NCBI GenBank assembly: GCA_964496765.1 | Contig: CAZCAP010000016.1 | Coordinates: 1 to 8,584 of the forward strand | From: an uncultured archaeon | GTDB lineage: Archaea > Iainarchaeota > Iainarchaeia > Iainarchaeales > CSSED10-239 | Direction: 5' to 3' | DNA: 8,584 nucleotides | In this document: in pieces, positions 1 to 7,503 of the stretch | Numbering within the stretch: position 1 is the first letter of the stretch | How the letters are laid out: each line of letters opens with the position of its first letter | Translations under genes and position numbers: made by a program | The notes under the pieces: generated by a model | What the model saw: the letters and a program-made list of their open reading frames with translations, nothing else | What the model was told of the DNA's origin: nothing | The model's database searches: none

Positions 1-648
1 GCTTTTTATCCATTGTTATCAAAGAATGTAAATTCGAAGAATTTAGATAATATATTGAATAAATTTTCAAAAATTGTTATTTTATTCACACTCCCAATAT
101 TTTTCGGTTCAATTTATCTTGCAAAAAATATAATTAATTTAATATTTGGATATCAATATCTCCCTGGATTAATTGCATTTCAAGTTATCATGGGTTATTT
201 CTTATTTTCCTCGATAAATATTGTTTTCCATCATCTTTTAACTATCTATGATTTTCAAAAATATCAACTTAAGATTATATTCTTTGCATTGTTAATCAAT
301 GTGATATTAAATTTATTTATGATCCCTATTTTTGGAATAATTGGAGCAGCAATTTCAACAGTTGTTTGTGAGTTGTTTATCTTAATTTGTATTTATAGGT
401 TTACAAGAAAACACTGTATTAAATTTAGTTTCTGGAATAAATTTGCGATTCCATTAATATCTTCTATATTAATGATAGTGGTATTATATGTTATTGACCT
501 TCTAGGGGGAATACACATTCTCCCACATAATCTAGATGTTCTAATTTATTGTATAATCGGAGCAATTTCCTATGGGATATTTATTTTATTATTTAGATAT
601 ATAACTAAAAAAGAAATAACTTTAATCTTGAGTTCTTTTAAAAAATAA
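1..648 (+). CDS. Wzx/MATE-like polysaccharide flippase, C-terminal part (5' truncated by window edge)
   Basis: Frame is open to base 1 (AFYPLLSKN...), so the TTG at 13 is probably internal. Several hydrophobic TM segments; 'FYPLLSK' and 'NLFMIPIFGIIGAAISTVVCE' match the typical O-antigen flippase signature. Stop TAA 646-648. Confidence 0.9.
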   Translation, partial: AFYPLLSKNVNSKNLDNILNKFSKIVILFTLPIFFGSIYLAKNIINLIFGYQYLPGLIAFQVIMGYFLFSSINIVFHHLLTIYDFQKYQLKIIFFALLINVILNLFMIPIFGIIGAAISTVVCELFILICIYRFTRKHCIKFSFWNKFAIPLISSILMIVVLYVIDLLGGIHILPHNLDVLIYCIIGAISYGIFILLFRYITKKEITLILSSFKK

Positions 649-658
649 ATAATAGAGC

Positions 659-1525
659 CTATTTAGTAGATTCTACTCTTTTCCATATTTCTTTCTGAGA
701 TTTCTTCTTGATATTAACATCTCTATAGATTACAAACCATAGATATAATCTAGCAAAAAACAAAAGTGCCATCCAAAAGAATTCTTTGATACTTGTAATA
801 TATTTTAATATTTTAAATGCACCAGTACTTTCTGATTTAAATGATCTTACTTCAAAATTAGTTAATTTCTTTATTTGATTGTATCCGCCTGCACTTCTTT
901 TCTTTTGAATAATCCAATCATTAAAATTATCTGGATATTTAACATAAACCTTTGCTTTTTGAGCATATTTAATTATTTTCTTTTTCTCATAAACCTTAAA
1001 TGAAATATATCCATCTTCTGATAATAGCTCTGTTGGTAATTTTGGGAATATATGTTTTCTAATTGCAAATAAATATCCTGTACAAAAAAACTTTCCAAAG
1101 GAATTAAGTTTCTCAACCCTCATATCATTTGCTATGTTCGTTAAAGTGTATGCCCAATATCCATATATTGTATTCCTTGGATTAGTTGATATAACATTAC
1201 CAGATACTGCTCCCACAAGTGGATCAGAAAAGGGTTTAATTAACTCTGAGATTGCTTTTGGATCAATATATACATCCCCATCTGTTAAAATTAAGATATC
1301 TCCTTTGGTTTTTGGAACCACCAGATTAAGAGCAGCGGATTTTCCATTTCCTTCATCTTTAACAGTAATTACTTTTTTATGTTTTCTAGCAGCATTAAGT
1401 GTTTCATCATCAGGTGCAACAACAAGTAATTCAAGATTAGAAATATTTTGGTTAAGTACTGCAGTAATTGCTTTCCCAATAGTTTTTGGTTCCTTATAAG
1501 AAGTAATAATTACACTTATTTTCAT
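659..1525 (-). CDS. Membrane-associated family 2 (GT-A) glycosyltransferase, processive/PgaC-like
   Basis: N-terminal MKISVIITSYKEPKTIGKAITAVLNQ, DGDVYID (DxD region), LLSEDGYIS, IIQKKRSAGG (QxxR-like), and a hydrophobic C-terminal segment FFWMALLFFARLYLWFVIY. The ORF track starts at 1546, but the start at MKISVI (ATG at 1525) fits GT2 N-termini better. Confidence 0.9.
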   Translation of the reverse strand: MKISVIITSYKEPKTIGKAITAVLNQNISNLELLVVAPDDETLNAARKHKKVITVKDEGNGKSAALNLVVPKTKGDILILTDGDVYIDPKAISELIKPFSDPLVGAVSGNVISTNPRNTIYGYWAYTLTNIANDMRVEKLNSFGKFFCTGYLFAIRKHIFPKLPTELLSEDGYISFKVYEKKKIIKYAQKAKVYVKYPDNFNDWIIQKKRSAGGYNQIKKLTNFEVRSFKSESTGAFKILKYITSIKEFFWMALLFFARLYLWFVIYRDVNIKKKSQKEIWKRVESTK

Positions 1526-1584
1526 ATATATTTCATATATACACACAAATATAAATATTTTGTTAGTTAAGTAATATGATTATT
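1526..1584. promoter_or_regulatory. Short divergent intergenic region with a near-palindromic TATA-like element (about 1547-1560, aaatataaatattt)
   Basis: 59 bp between the divergent starts at 1525 (-) and 1585 (+; alternative start 1576). The AT-rich element lies roughly 25-30 bp from both starts. Confidence 0.4.
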
Positions 1585-2670
1585 ATGAAGATTGCACTTG
1601 TTGTTCCTTATTTTTCTGGGTTTGGTTCAAATGAATCAGAAATTGCAGAAGAGTTTATGAGGAAAGGACACAGGGTAACTGTTTTTACTACAAATATCAG
1701 ATCTGGTTCTAGATTAAAAAATATAAGTTATTCATTAAACAAAAACTTTGATATAAAATATGTAAAAGTATTATACAATTTTATGGGCTGGCCATATACG
1801 ATTGATTTTTCAGAAAAATTAAAGGATTTTGATTTAATTTTAGCAGAAGAAGATTATCAATATATGTCATATATTGCATATCTTGCTGCAAAAAAATATA
1901 ATATTAAGATAATCGTATCAAACGAAAGATATTATGTCCCAAAATTCCCAAAATCTCTATTTTTAAAAACAATTGAAGCAATATACACCTCCAAAATAAG
2001 AAGCTACGTTCCATTTATTACTGTTCATGCAAATAGTGCAAAAAAATATTTAAGATCTATTGGATTTAAGAAAAATATACCTGTAATATTTACTGCAATC
2101 AATTTAAGTAAGCTTAAAATTAAGAAATCAAATATAATCCAAGATAAATATAATTTAAACAAGAAAGATATTGTTGTTTTTACAATAGGAAGATTAGTTG
2201 AATTTAAGAATTATTTAAAATTAATAGAAGCGTTTAGTAAACTACCTAAAAACTATAAACTAATTATAGTTGGAAAAGGGGAACTTGAACAGGAATTTAG
2301 AAAATACATCACAAACAATAACATAAGCAATGTAATTTTAGAAACCACCTTCCTAGAACCGAGAATAATACAACAATATATGAATTCAAGTGATATTTAT
2401 ATTCAACCAAGTCTTATAGAGCCTTTTGGAATTGCGGTAAGAGAAGCTATGGCATTAGGTAAGCCAATAATTGTAACAAAAGAAGGTGGGATGATAGAAG
2501 CAATAGATGGGAATGGATCTTTTACCTCCAAGAACCTAGATAACTTAAAAGAAAAGATAGATGATTGCTATACTAATAAAACAAAATACAGTAGGAAATC
2601 AATAGAACTAGCAAAAATGTATGATGTATCAAAAATATGTGATCAATATTTAAAATTAATTAAGAATTAA
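1585..2670 (+). CDS. Family 4 (GT-B) glycosyltransferase
   Basis: N-terminal MKIALVVPYFSGFGSNESEIAEEFMRKGHRVTVFTT; central VFTIGRLVEFKNYLKLIEAFSKL; YIQPSLIEPFGIAVREAMALGKPIIVTKEGG (EPFGIxxxEAxAxGxP motif). The ATG at 1576 (MIIMKIALVV) is an alternative start. Confidence 0.95.
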   Translation: MKIALVVPYFSGFGSNESEIAEEFMRKGHRVTVFTTNIRSGSRLKNISYSLNKNFDIKYVKVLYNFMGWPYTIDFSEKLKDFDLILAEEDYQYMSYIAYLAAKKYNIKIIVSNERYYVPKFPKSLFLKTIEAIYTSKIRSYVPFITVHANSAKKYLRSIGFKKNIPVIFTAINLSKLKIKKSNIIQDKYNLNKKDIVVFTIGRLVEFKNYLKLIEAFSKLPKNYKLIIVGKGELEQEFRKYITNNNISNVILETTFLEPRIIQQYMNSSDIYIQPSLIEPFGIAVREAMALGKPIIVTKEGGMIEAIDGNGSFTSKNLDNLKEKIDDCYTNKTKYSRKSIELAKMYDVSKICDQYLKLIKN

Positions 2671-3629
2671 ATAAACCTTCTTTTAAATTTTAAAACTGCT
2701 TGTATTATTTTTTTTGGCATATGGCTAATTAAACAGTAAATAACCACTCTATCTTTATATCCAAATAATTTGAAATATTTCTTAGAATATTTAATTACAT
2801 TCTTATAATCTTGTTTATGAAAATTATAGAATATTTCACTTGCAATTACATCTTTATCATTAGAGGTTTCTGCATTTAATTTAAATATTTCATCAGGGTT
2901 AAATTTGTTATAACTATCTTTCCCAATTTTTATTTTTTCTTTATAAAATTGTGCTGCTTTTTTTGCAAATAACAACTGTTTGTTTCTTTTTTCCATAGAT
3001 GTTTGAGTATTGTGAACTCTATAATGAAATAATATATCTTTAATATTAGTTAATTTTTCCCCATCAGCAAGTAATTGTAAGAAAAAATCCACATCCTGAG
3101 CATAAAATATTTTTTCACGATATCTTATTTTAGTTTTATTCCTAAACATTATACTTGGATGGCATATTCTGTTAGTACCATTAATCATATCTTTTTTTAT
3201 TTTATTAATGTTAGTAATTGTTTTAATCCTAGTTATTATCTTATTGTTTTCATCTATGTAATAATTCCCTGTTCCTACTAAAAACACATCTTTGTGTTTT
3301 TCTAAATAATTTATTTGATCTTCAAATCTGGTGGGCAAAGAAATATCATCATGATCCATCATTGCAATATATTTACCATTTGCAGCATCTAATCCTTTAT
3401 TTGATGCAAGAGAAATTCCTAAGTTTATTGAATTATTAATTATTTTTATTCTTTTATCTTTTTTTTGATATTCTTTAATGGTTTTAAGTGTATTATCTTT
3501 AGATGCATCATTAATTATTATAAATTCAAAATTAGAATATGTTTGATTAAGAATACTTTCTATAGTTTGATGAATTAATTTCCCAGAATTATATACCGGC
3601 ATTACAACACTAATTATTGGTTTTCTCAT
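2667..3629 (-). CDS. Family 2 (GT-A) glycosyltransferase
   Basis: PIISVVMPVYNSGKLIHQTIESILNQTYSNFEFIIINDASKDNT and KYIAMMDHDDISLPTRFEDQINYLEKH motifs. Confidence 0.95.
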   Translation of the reverse strand: MRKPIISVVMPVYNSGKLIHQTIESILNQTYSNFEFIIINDASKDNTLKTIKEYQKKDKRIKIINNSINLGISLASNKGLDAANGKYIAMMDHDDISLPTRFEDQINYLEKHKDVFLVGTGNYYIDENNKIITRIKTITNINKIKKDMINGTNRICHPSIMFRNKTKIRYREKIFYAQDVDFFLQLLADGEKLTNIKDILFHYRVHNTQTSMEKRNKQLLFAKKAAQFYKEKIKIGKDSYNKFNPDEIFKLNAETSNDKDVIASEIFYNFHKQDYKNVIKYSKKYFKLFGYKDRVVIYCLISHMPKKIIQAVLKFKRRFI

Positions 3630-3633
3630 ATTG

Positions 3634-4149
3634 TCACTTTTCTACTTTTAATTCAAATTCTAAAAACATTGGAGGAATGATTCCTGGTAAAAATATAGTA
3701 TGTACCTTTTTCATAAATTTACAACTATTAAATAACCATTGGAACAAAATAAGATATTTATTAAATTTTATTTTTTTTTGGATTATTTTAAATCTAGCTT
3801 TTGAATAATAATTCAATTTACTCTCGTTAGTGAAATAATCTAAAGTCATATATGTGTAAAATTGTTTATGTGTGGGATCACAAAATGCCCAAACGCTTGG
3901 GGTGTAGGGAACAATTATCTTTATGGTTGCATTATCTTTTGATATTCTCCATATTTCTTCAATAGGTTTAATTATTGAATCAAGATGTTCCATTACATTA
4001 TCTGCATAAATTTCATCAAAATAGTTTTCCTTAAATGGCCATGAGAATTTATTCAAATCATGAACAATATCAACTCCTTTTAATTTGACTGAATCTAAGT
4101 TTAGGTACCCTTTCATAATTTTATTTCCTGAACCAATATTTAATTTCAT
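3634..4149 (-). CDS. Small class-I SAM-dependent methyltransferase-like protein of the kind found in glycan clusters
   Basis: Motif I-like MKLNIGSGNKIMKGYLNLD, acidic VDIVHDL, FKENYFDEIYADNVMEHLDSI, and a conserved-looking IIVPYTPSVWAFCDPTHKQFYT segment. Confidence 0.8.
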   Translation of the reverse strand: MKLNIGSGNKIMKGYLNLDSVKLKGVDIVHDLNKFSWPFKENYFDEIYADNVMEHLDSIIKPIEEIWRISKDNATIKIIVPYTPSVWAFCDPTHKQFYTYMTLDYFTNESKLNYYSKARFKIIQKKIKFNKYLILFQWLFNSCKFMKKVHTIFLPGIIPPMFLEFELKVEK

Positions 4150-5105
4150 TTTAAATCCCTACTTATTTTTATTTTTTTATAATTTATAATTGCTAAATAT
4201 ACTGATTGTATCCAATAAATAAAACGTATATAAAAAGTTTTATGAAAATACATATTTGTTAATGTTTTATTTTTATATGGTTCTTTTCTAGTTACAAATA
4301 CTCTAACTAGTTGTTTAAATATCATTTTTAATTTATTTTTATCATATCTTAATGAAAAGACTATCATCCCATAAGCCTGATGTTTATAAATAAAATCTTT
4401 TTTGGATGATTTATATGAAAAACTACCTATATGAACTGATTTTGAAAAACCATTATATATTATTTTATATCCTTTTTTTCCTACTCTTAAACAATAATCT
4501 ATATCATCCGGTCCAAAAAAGAAATTTTCATCAAGGCCACCAACTTTTTTAATTAATTCTGTTTTTAATAACATATTGGCGCCTTGAACTGCTTTCGTTT
4601 CTCTAATAAAATTAAATTGACCATTATCTTTTAGATTAAAATCTTTTGGATTTCGTTCTAAAAATAACATTTGTAGTCTCCCATCAGGGAAAACAAGTTT
4701 GTTACCGCAGACTCCATAACTTTCATTTTTATTTAGTGAGTTAACCATTAACTCTAACCAATCTGGTTGAATTGTAATTATATCATTATTCATATCACAA
4801 ATATAATCTGGATTATATTTCTTTAAAATGTAATTCCATAATAGATTCATCCCTTTTGTATATCCTAAATTAGCATTAGATTTTATTAAATCTATATTTT
4901 TTATTTTTTTTAATTCCCAATAACTATCATCTGTAGATCCATTATCTAAAAGAATTACCTTATAATTAGAATACTTTGTTATTTTCAATAATGAAAAAAT
5001 ACATTTTTTGGTTGTGTTTAATGCATTATAATTTAATATTGCTACACATACTTTTTTTTGAGCATTCATATAATTCATATTTATATTTTTTTTGATTAAA
5101 CCCAA
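4146..5105 (-). CDS. Family 2 glycosyltransferase, rhamnosyl/galactofuranosyltransferase-like subgroup
   Basis: KVCVAILNYNALNTTKKCIFSLL, VILLDNGSTDDS, DMNNDIITIQPDWL, AVQGANMLLKTELIKKVGGLDENFFFGPDDIDYCLRVGKKGYKI. The ORF begins with TTG at 5105; ATGs at 5078 and 5069 are alternative starts. Confidence 0.93.
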   Translation of the reverse strand: MGLIKKNINMNYMNAQKKVCVAILNYNALNTTKKCIFSLLKITKYSNYKVILLDNGSTDDSYWELKKIKNIDLIKSNANLGYTKGMNLLWNYILKKYNPDYICDMNNDIITIQPDWLELMVNSLNKNESYGVCGNKLVFPDGRLQMLFLERNPKDFNLKDNGQFNFIRETKAVQGANMLLKTELIKKVGGLDENFFFGPDDIDYCLRVGKKGYKIIYNGFSKSVHIGSFSYKSSKKDFIYKHQAYGMIVFSLRYDKNKLKMIFKQLVRVFVTRKEPYKNKTLTNMYFHKTFYIRFIYWIQSVYLAIINYKKIKISRDLK

Positions 5106-5120
5106 CTAAGAGACTATATT

Positions 5121-5984
5121 TTATCTCCAAGCATAGGTTATCTTATGCTCGCCTGTTTTTGTTATTGTTTTATATCCCTGCTCTTCTAGGTTCTTTTCTA
5201 CTACTTCTCTTGTGTCTGAACCATAGTCTTTCCTATAGTGATAGGTTGCTATTGCAATGCTTGGTTTTTGGCTAATGTTCTTTAAATCTTGGGTTATCTC
5301 TATCTCGCTTCCCTCTGCATCCATCTTTATGAAATCTACCTTGTTTATGTGATTGGTTTTAATAAATTCTGAAAGAGTGGTTGCTGGAACAGAGATAATT
5401 GAATTTTTTGTGTTGGTTCTAAAGCTTCTTGCAACAATTCTAGAACCAGCTTTCTTCTTAAAAAATCTAAATTGGCCTGATCTATTGTATATTGCCTTGT
5501 TAATTGGAATTATGTTTCTTATATTATTTTCCTGTAGATTTTCTTTTAATATCCTAAAGCTATCTGGATTTGGCTCGAAACAATAGATTTTCCCTCTTGG
5601 GCCTACCTGCTTTGAGATTGCTATTGAATAAAGTCCATGATACCCACCAATATCTATGATTACATCCCCTTCTTTGATATTATAGTGCTTGTTGTATGCT
5701 TCAATTGAGTGATTAATATCATAAACCATCTTGATATCTGTTTTTACTATGTATTCTTTAAAATGGATTAGAAAGTTTGTGGTTGTGTCTATATCTGTGC
5801 CTACTGATTTCTTGAATATTTCTTTAAAGACTCCTGTTCCAAGCTTGATCTTTTTAAAATCAGTTTTTATGGTTTTGTTTTTCTTTGAAATATAGATCTG
5901 GTTATTCTTATCAACCTTTAGTTTTATTCCATTTATAAAAAAGCAAATCCTTTTCCAAAAAGATAAAGAAAATTTAGTTTCCAT
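5121..5984 (-). CDS. FkbM family methyltransferase
   Basis: VIIDIGGYHGLYSIAISKQVGPRGKIYCFEPNPDSFRILKENL and VDFIKMDAEGSEIEI are characteristic FkbM-type motifs. Confidence 0.93.
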   Translation of the reverse strand: METKFSLSFWKRICFFINGIKLKVDKNNQIYISKKNKTIKTDFKKIKLGTGVFKEIFKKSVGTDIDTTTNFLIHFKEYIVKTDIKMVYDINHSIEAYNKHYNIKEGDVIIDIGGYHGLYSIAISKQVGPRGKIYCFEPNPDSFRILKENLQENNIRNIIPINKAIYNRSGQFRFFKKKAGSRIVARSFRTNTKNSIISVPATTLSEFIKTNHINKVDFIKMDAEGSEIEITQDLKNISQKPSIAIATYHYRKDYGSDTREVVEKNLEEQGYKTITKTGEHKITYAWR

Positions 5985-6003
5985 AATTATTTTAATTTAT
6001 TTT

Positions 6004-7503
6004 TTATTTGGGTTTAACATAAATAGTTATGTTCTTCTTAATTTCAAGATATTCATCATCTCTATAGGGATGCTTATAGGTTATATTTAACACACACACT
6101 CTAGAGGAGTTAACTACATTGGGTCCTTCCAATAAATCAATTATCTTTACATTAACCAATGCTGTTTGATCAGCACCTGCAAGTATCTTCATTGTTTTAT
6201 AGGTGTCTGCAATATATACAAAATTATTACAATCTTCTCTTTCACTTCCGTTCTCAATAGCTATATCAACAACCTCTATATTTATTGGATTATTGTTAGT
6301 TAATTTTAGGTTAATGTATTCTTCAGTGGTTGTGTTTAGGTTTTCATCATAAACAAGATTAATTGTTTCCTTGTTTAATGTTCCTGTGAACTTAATAAGA
6401 GGTTCCTTTATTTCAATTTCAATTGAAAAGCTTTGATCTTCCTTAAATGAACTTGATCTAACATATAATGTTCCTGTAATTGTATCTGCTTTTGCACTAG
6501 TTGGAATTGTTACTCCTATTAGTTCATCCTTTGTTTCTTTCTTATCAACAGTTGTTTGATTTGCAGGAATATTAAACCAACTGGTTACGTCCTCATTATT
6601 TATTGAATTAATATCTATTGAATAGGTAACATCATTAATACTTATACTATTTTTTGAATTGTTTATTTTACACACAAAGTTCTTTGTGTCTCCGCTTGTG
6701 AGTGTGGTTTTCATGCTAGCTACTGTAACTGTTATTTCTGGTTCCTTAAGAACATTTGTGGTTACTGTTTTTTTATCAAGTTTATATTTAATGCTTACTC
6801 CAAGTGATTGCTTATCTCCAATCTTTGCGGTCTTGGGAAGCCTAAAGCTAATAATTACATTTTGCTTTGTTTGAGCATATATTTTAAACAAAGATTTATC
6901 AAGAACATTATTTGTAACATCAACTATTTGGAAATCATTAATATCTTTAATTATTCCTTCGAACTTAAGATCATCAAGATTATAATCTGTTGTTGGGCTT
7001 GTGTTTTCAAGAGCAAGATTAATTTGGAATTCCTGGCCAGCAAATATCTGTGCTGGCGCTGTAAGATCAGTTATTTTAAGTTTAATATTTTTTTCTAGAA
7101 CAACAACTTCACCAGGATTATCAGATTTTAAAGTGAAACTTCCTTTCTTTGAAGAATAATCCTTATTTTGTGCACTATACCAGTAGGTTCCTTTTTTTAA
7201 TTTAATTGGTTCACCTGCAGTTGTCTTATCTAAATCACCAAGCATGCTTTCATCCTTAGATATTAGGATGTTTGCAGAAATTCCTTTGCCCTCTGTGTTT
7301 TTAGTATCAAAGGTGATTGTTGCACTATTGAAAAATAAAAAGTATACTATTACACAAAGTATTCCAATAACAATAAGCCAAGTAATTGTGTTCTTAATAA
7401 GTTTACTATTGTTTCCTTTACTTCTATTTTCTGAATAACCAAATGGAGAGGAATCTCTATCTCTTCCTCCAGAACCTCCTCCAAAAGGATCATAATTACT
7501 CAT
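6004..7503 (-). CDS. Single-pass membrane protein with Gly-rich N-terminal tail and large predicted extracytoplasmic beta-sandwich (Ig/CARDB-like) region; function unknown
   Basis: 499 aa. Tail MSNYDPFGGGSGGRDRDSSPFGYSENRSKGNNSK, one TM helix at about residues 35-58 (LIKNTITWLIVIGILCVIVYFLFF), then ~440 residues of alternating beta-type sequence. Starts in a 4-nt ATGA overlap with the upstream gene. Confidence 0.85.
   Translation of the reverse strand: MSNYDPFGGGSGGRDRDSSPFGYSENRSKGNNSKLIKNTITWLIVIGILCVIVYFLFFNSATITFDTKNTEGKGISANILISKDESMLGDLDKTTAGEPIKLKKGTYWYSAQNKDYSSKKGSFTLKSDNPGEVVVLEKNIKLKITDLTAPAQIFAGQEFQINLALENTSPTTDYNLDDLKFEGIIKDINDFQIVDVTNNVLDKSLFKIYAQTKQNVIISFRLPKTAKIGDKQSLGVSIKYKLDKKTVTTNVLKEPEITVTVASMKTTLTSGDTKNFVCKINNSKNSISINDVTYSIDINSINNEDVTSWFNIPANQTTVDKKETKDELIGVTIPTSAKADTITGTLYVRSSSFKEDQSFSIEIEIKEPLIKFTGTLNKETINLVYDENLNTTTEEYINLKLTNNNPINIEVVDIAIENGSEREDCNNFVYIADTYKTMKILAGADQTALVNVKIIDLLEGPNVVNSSRVCVLNITYKHPYRDDEYLEIKKNITIYVKPK

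Noticed and set aside
1134-1499. + strand 121-aa ORF
   Set aside because: Fully antisense to the well-supported GT2 gene; its translation has no recognisable motif and is typical shadow-ORF sequence.
3617-3808. + strand 63-aa ORF
   Set aside because: Antisense to the methyltransferase gene and short, with no motif or clear ribosome-binding site.
5353-5586. + strand 77-aa ORF
   Set aside because: Antisense to the FkbM motif-bearing region. Its hydrophobic stretch is explained by the reverse complement of the Lys/Asn/Glu-rich - strand coding.
6659-6874. + strand 71-aa ORF that looks membrane-like
   Set aside because: Antisense to the 499-aa membrane protein; hydrophobicity is a complement artefact. 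It also overlaps another shadow ORF (6808-7098).
6808-7098. + strand 96-aa Cys-containing ORF
   Set aside because: Antisense to the ectodomain coding region; the scattered Cys do not form a recognisable metal-binding pattern.
7244-7438. + strand 64-aa ORF with hydrophobic segment
   Set aside because: Antisense to the TM-coding part of the 499-aa gene; no independent support.
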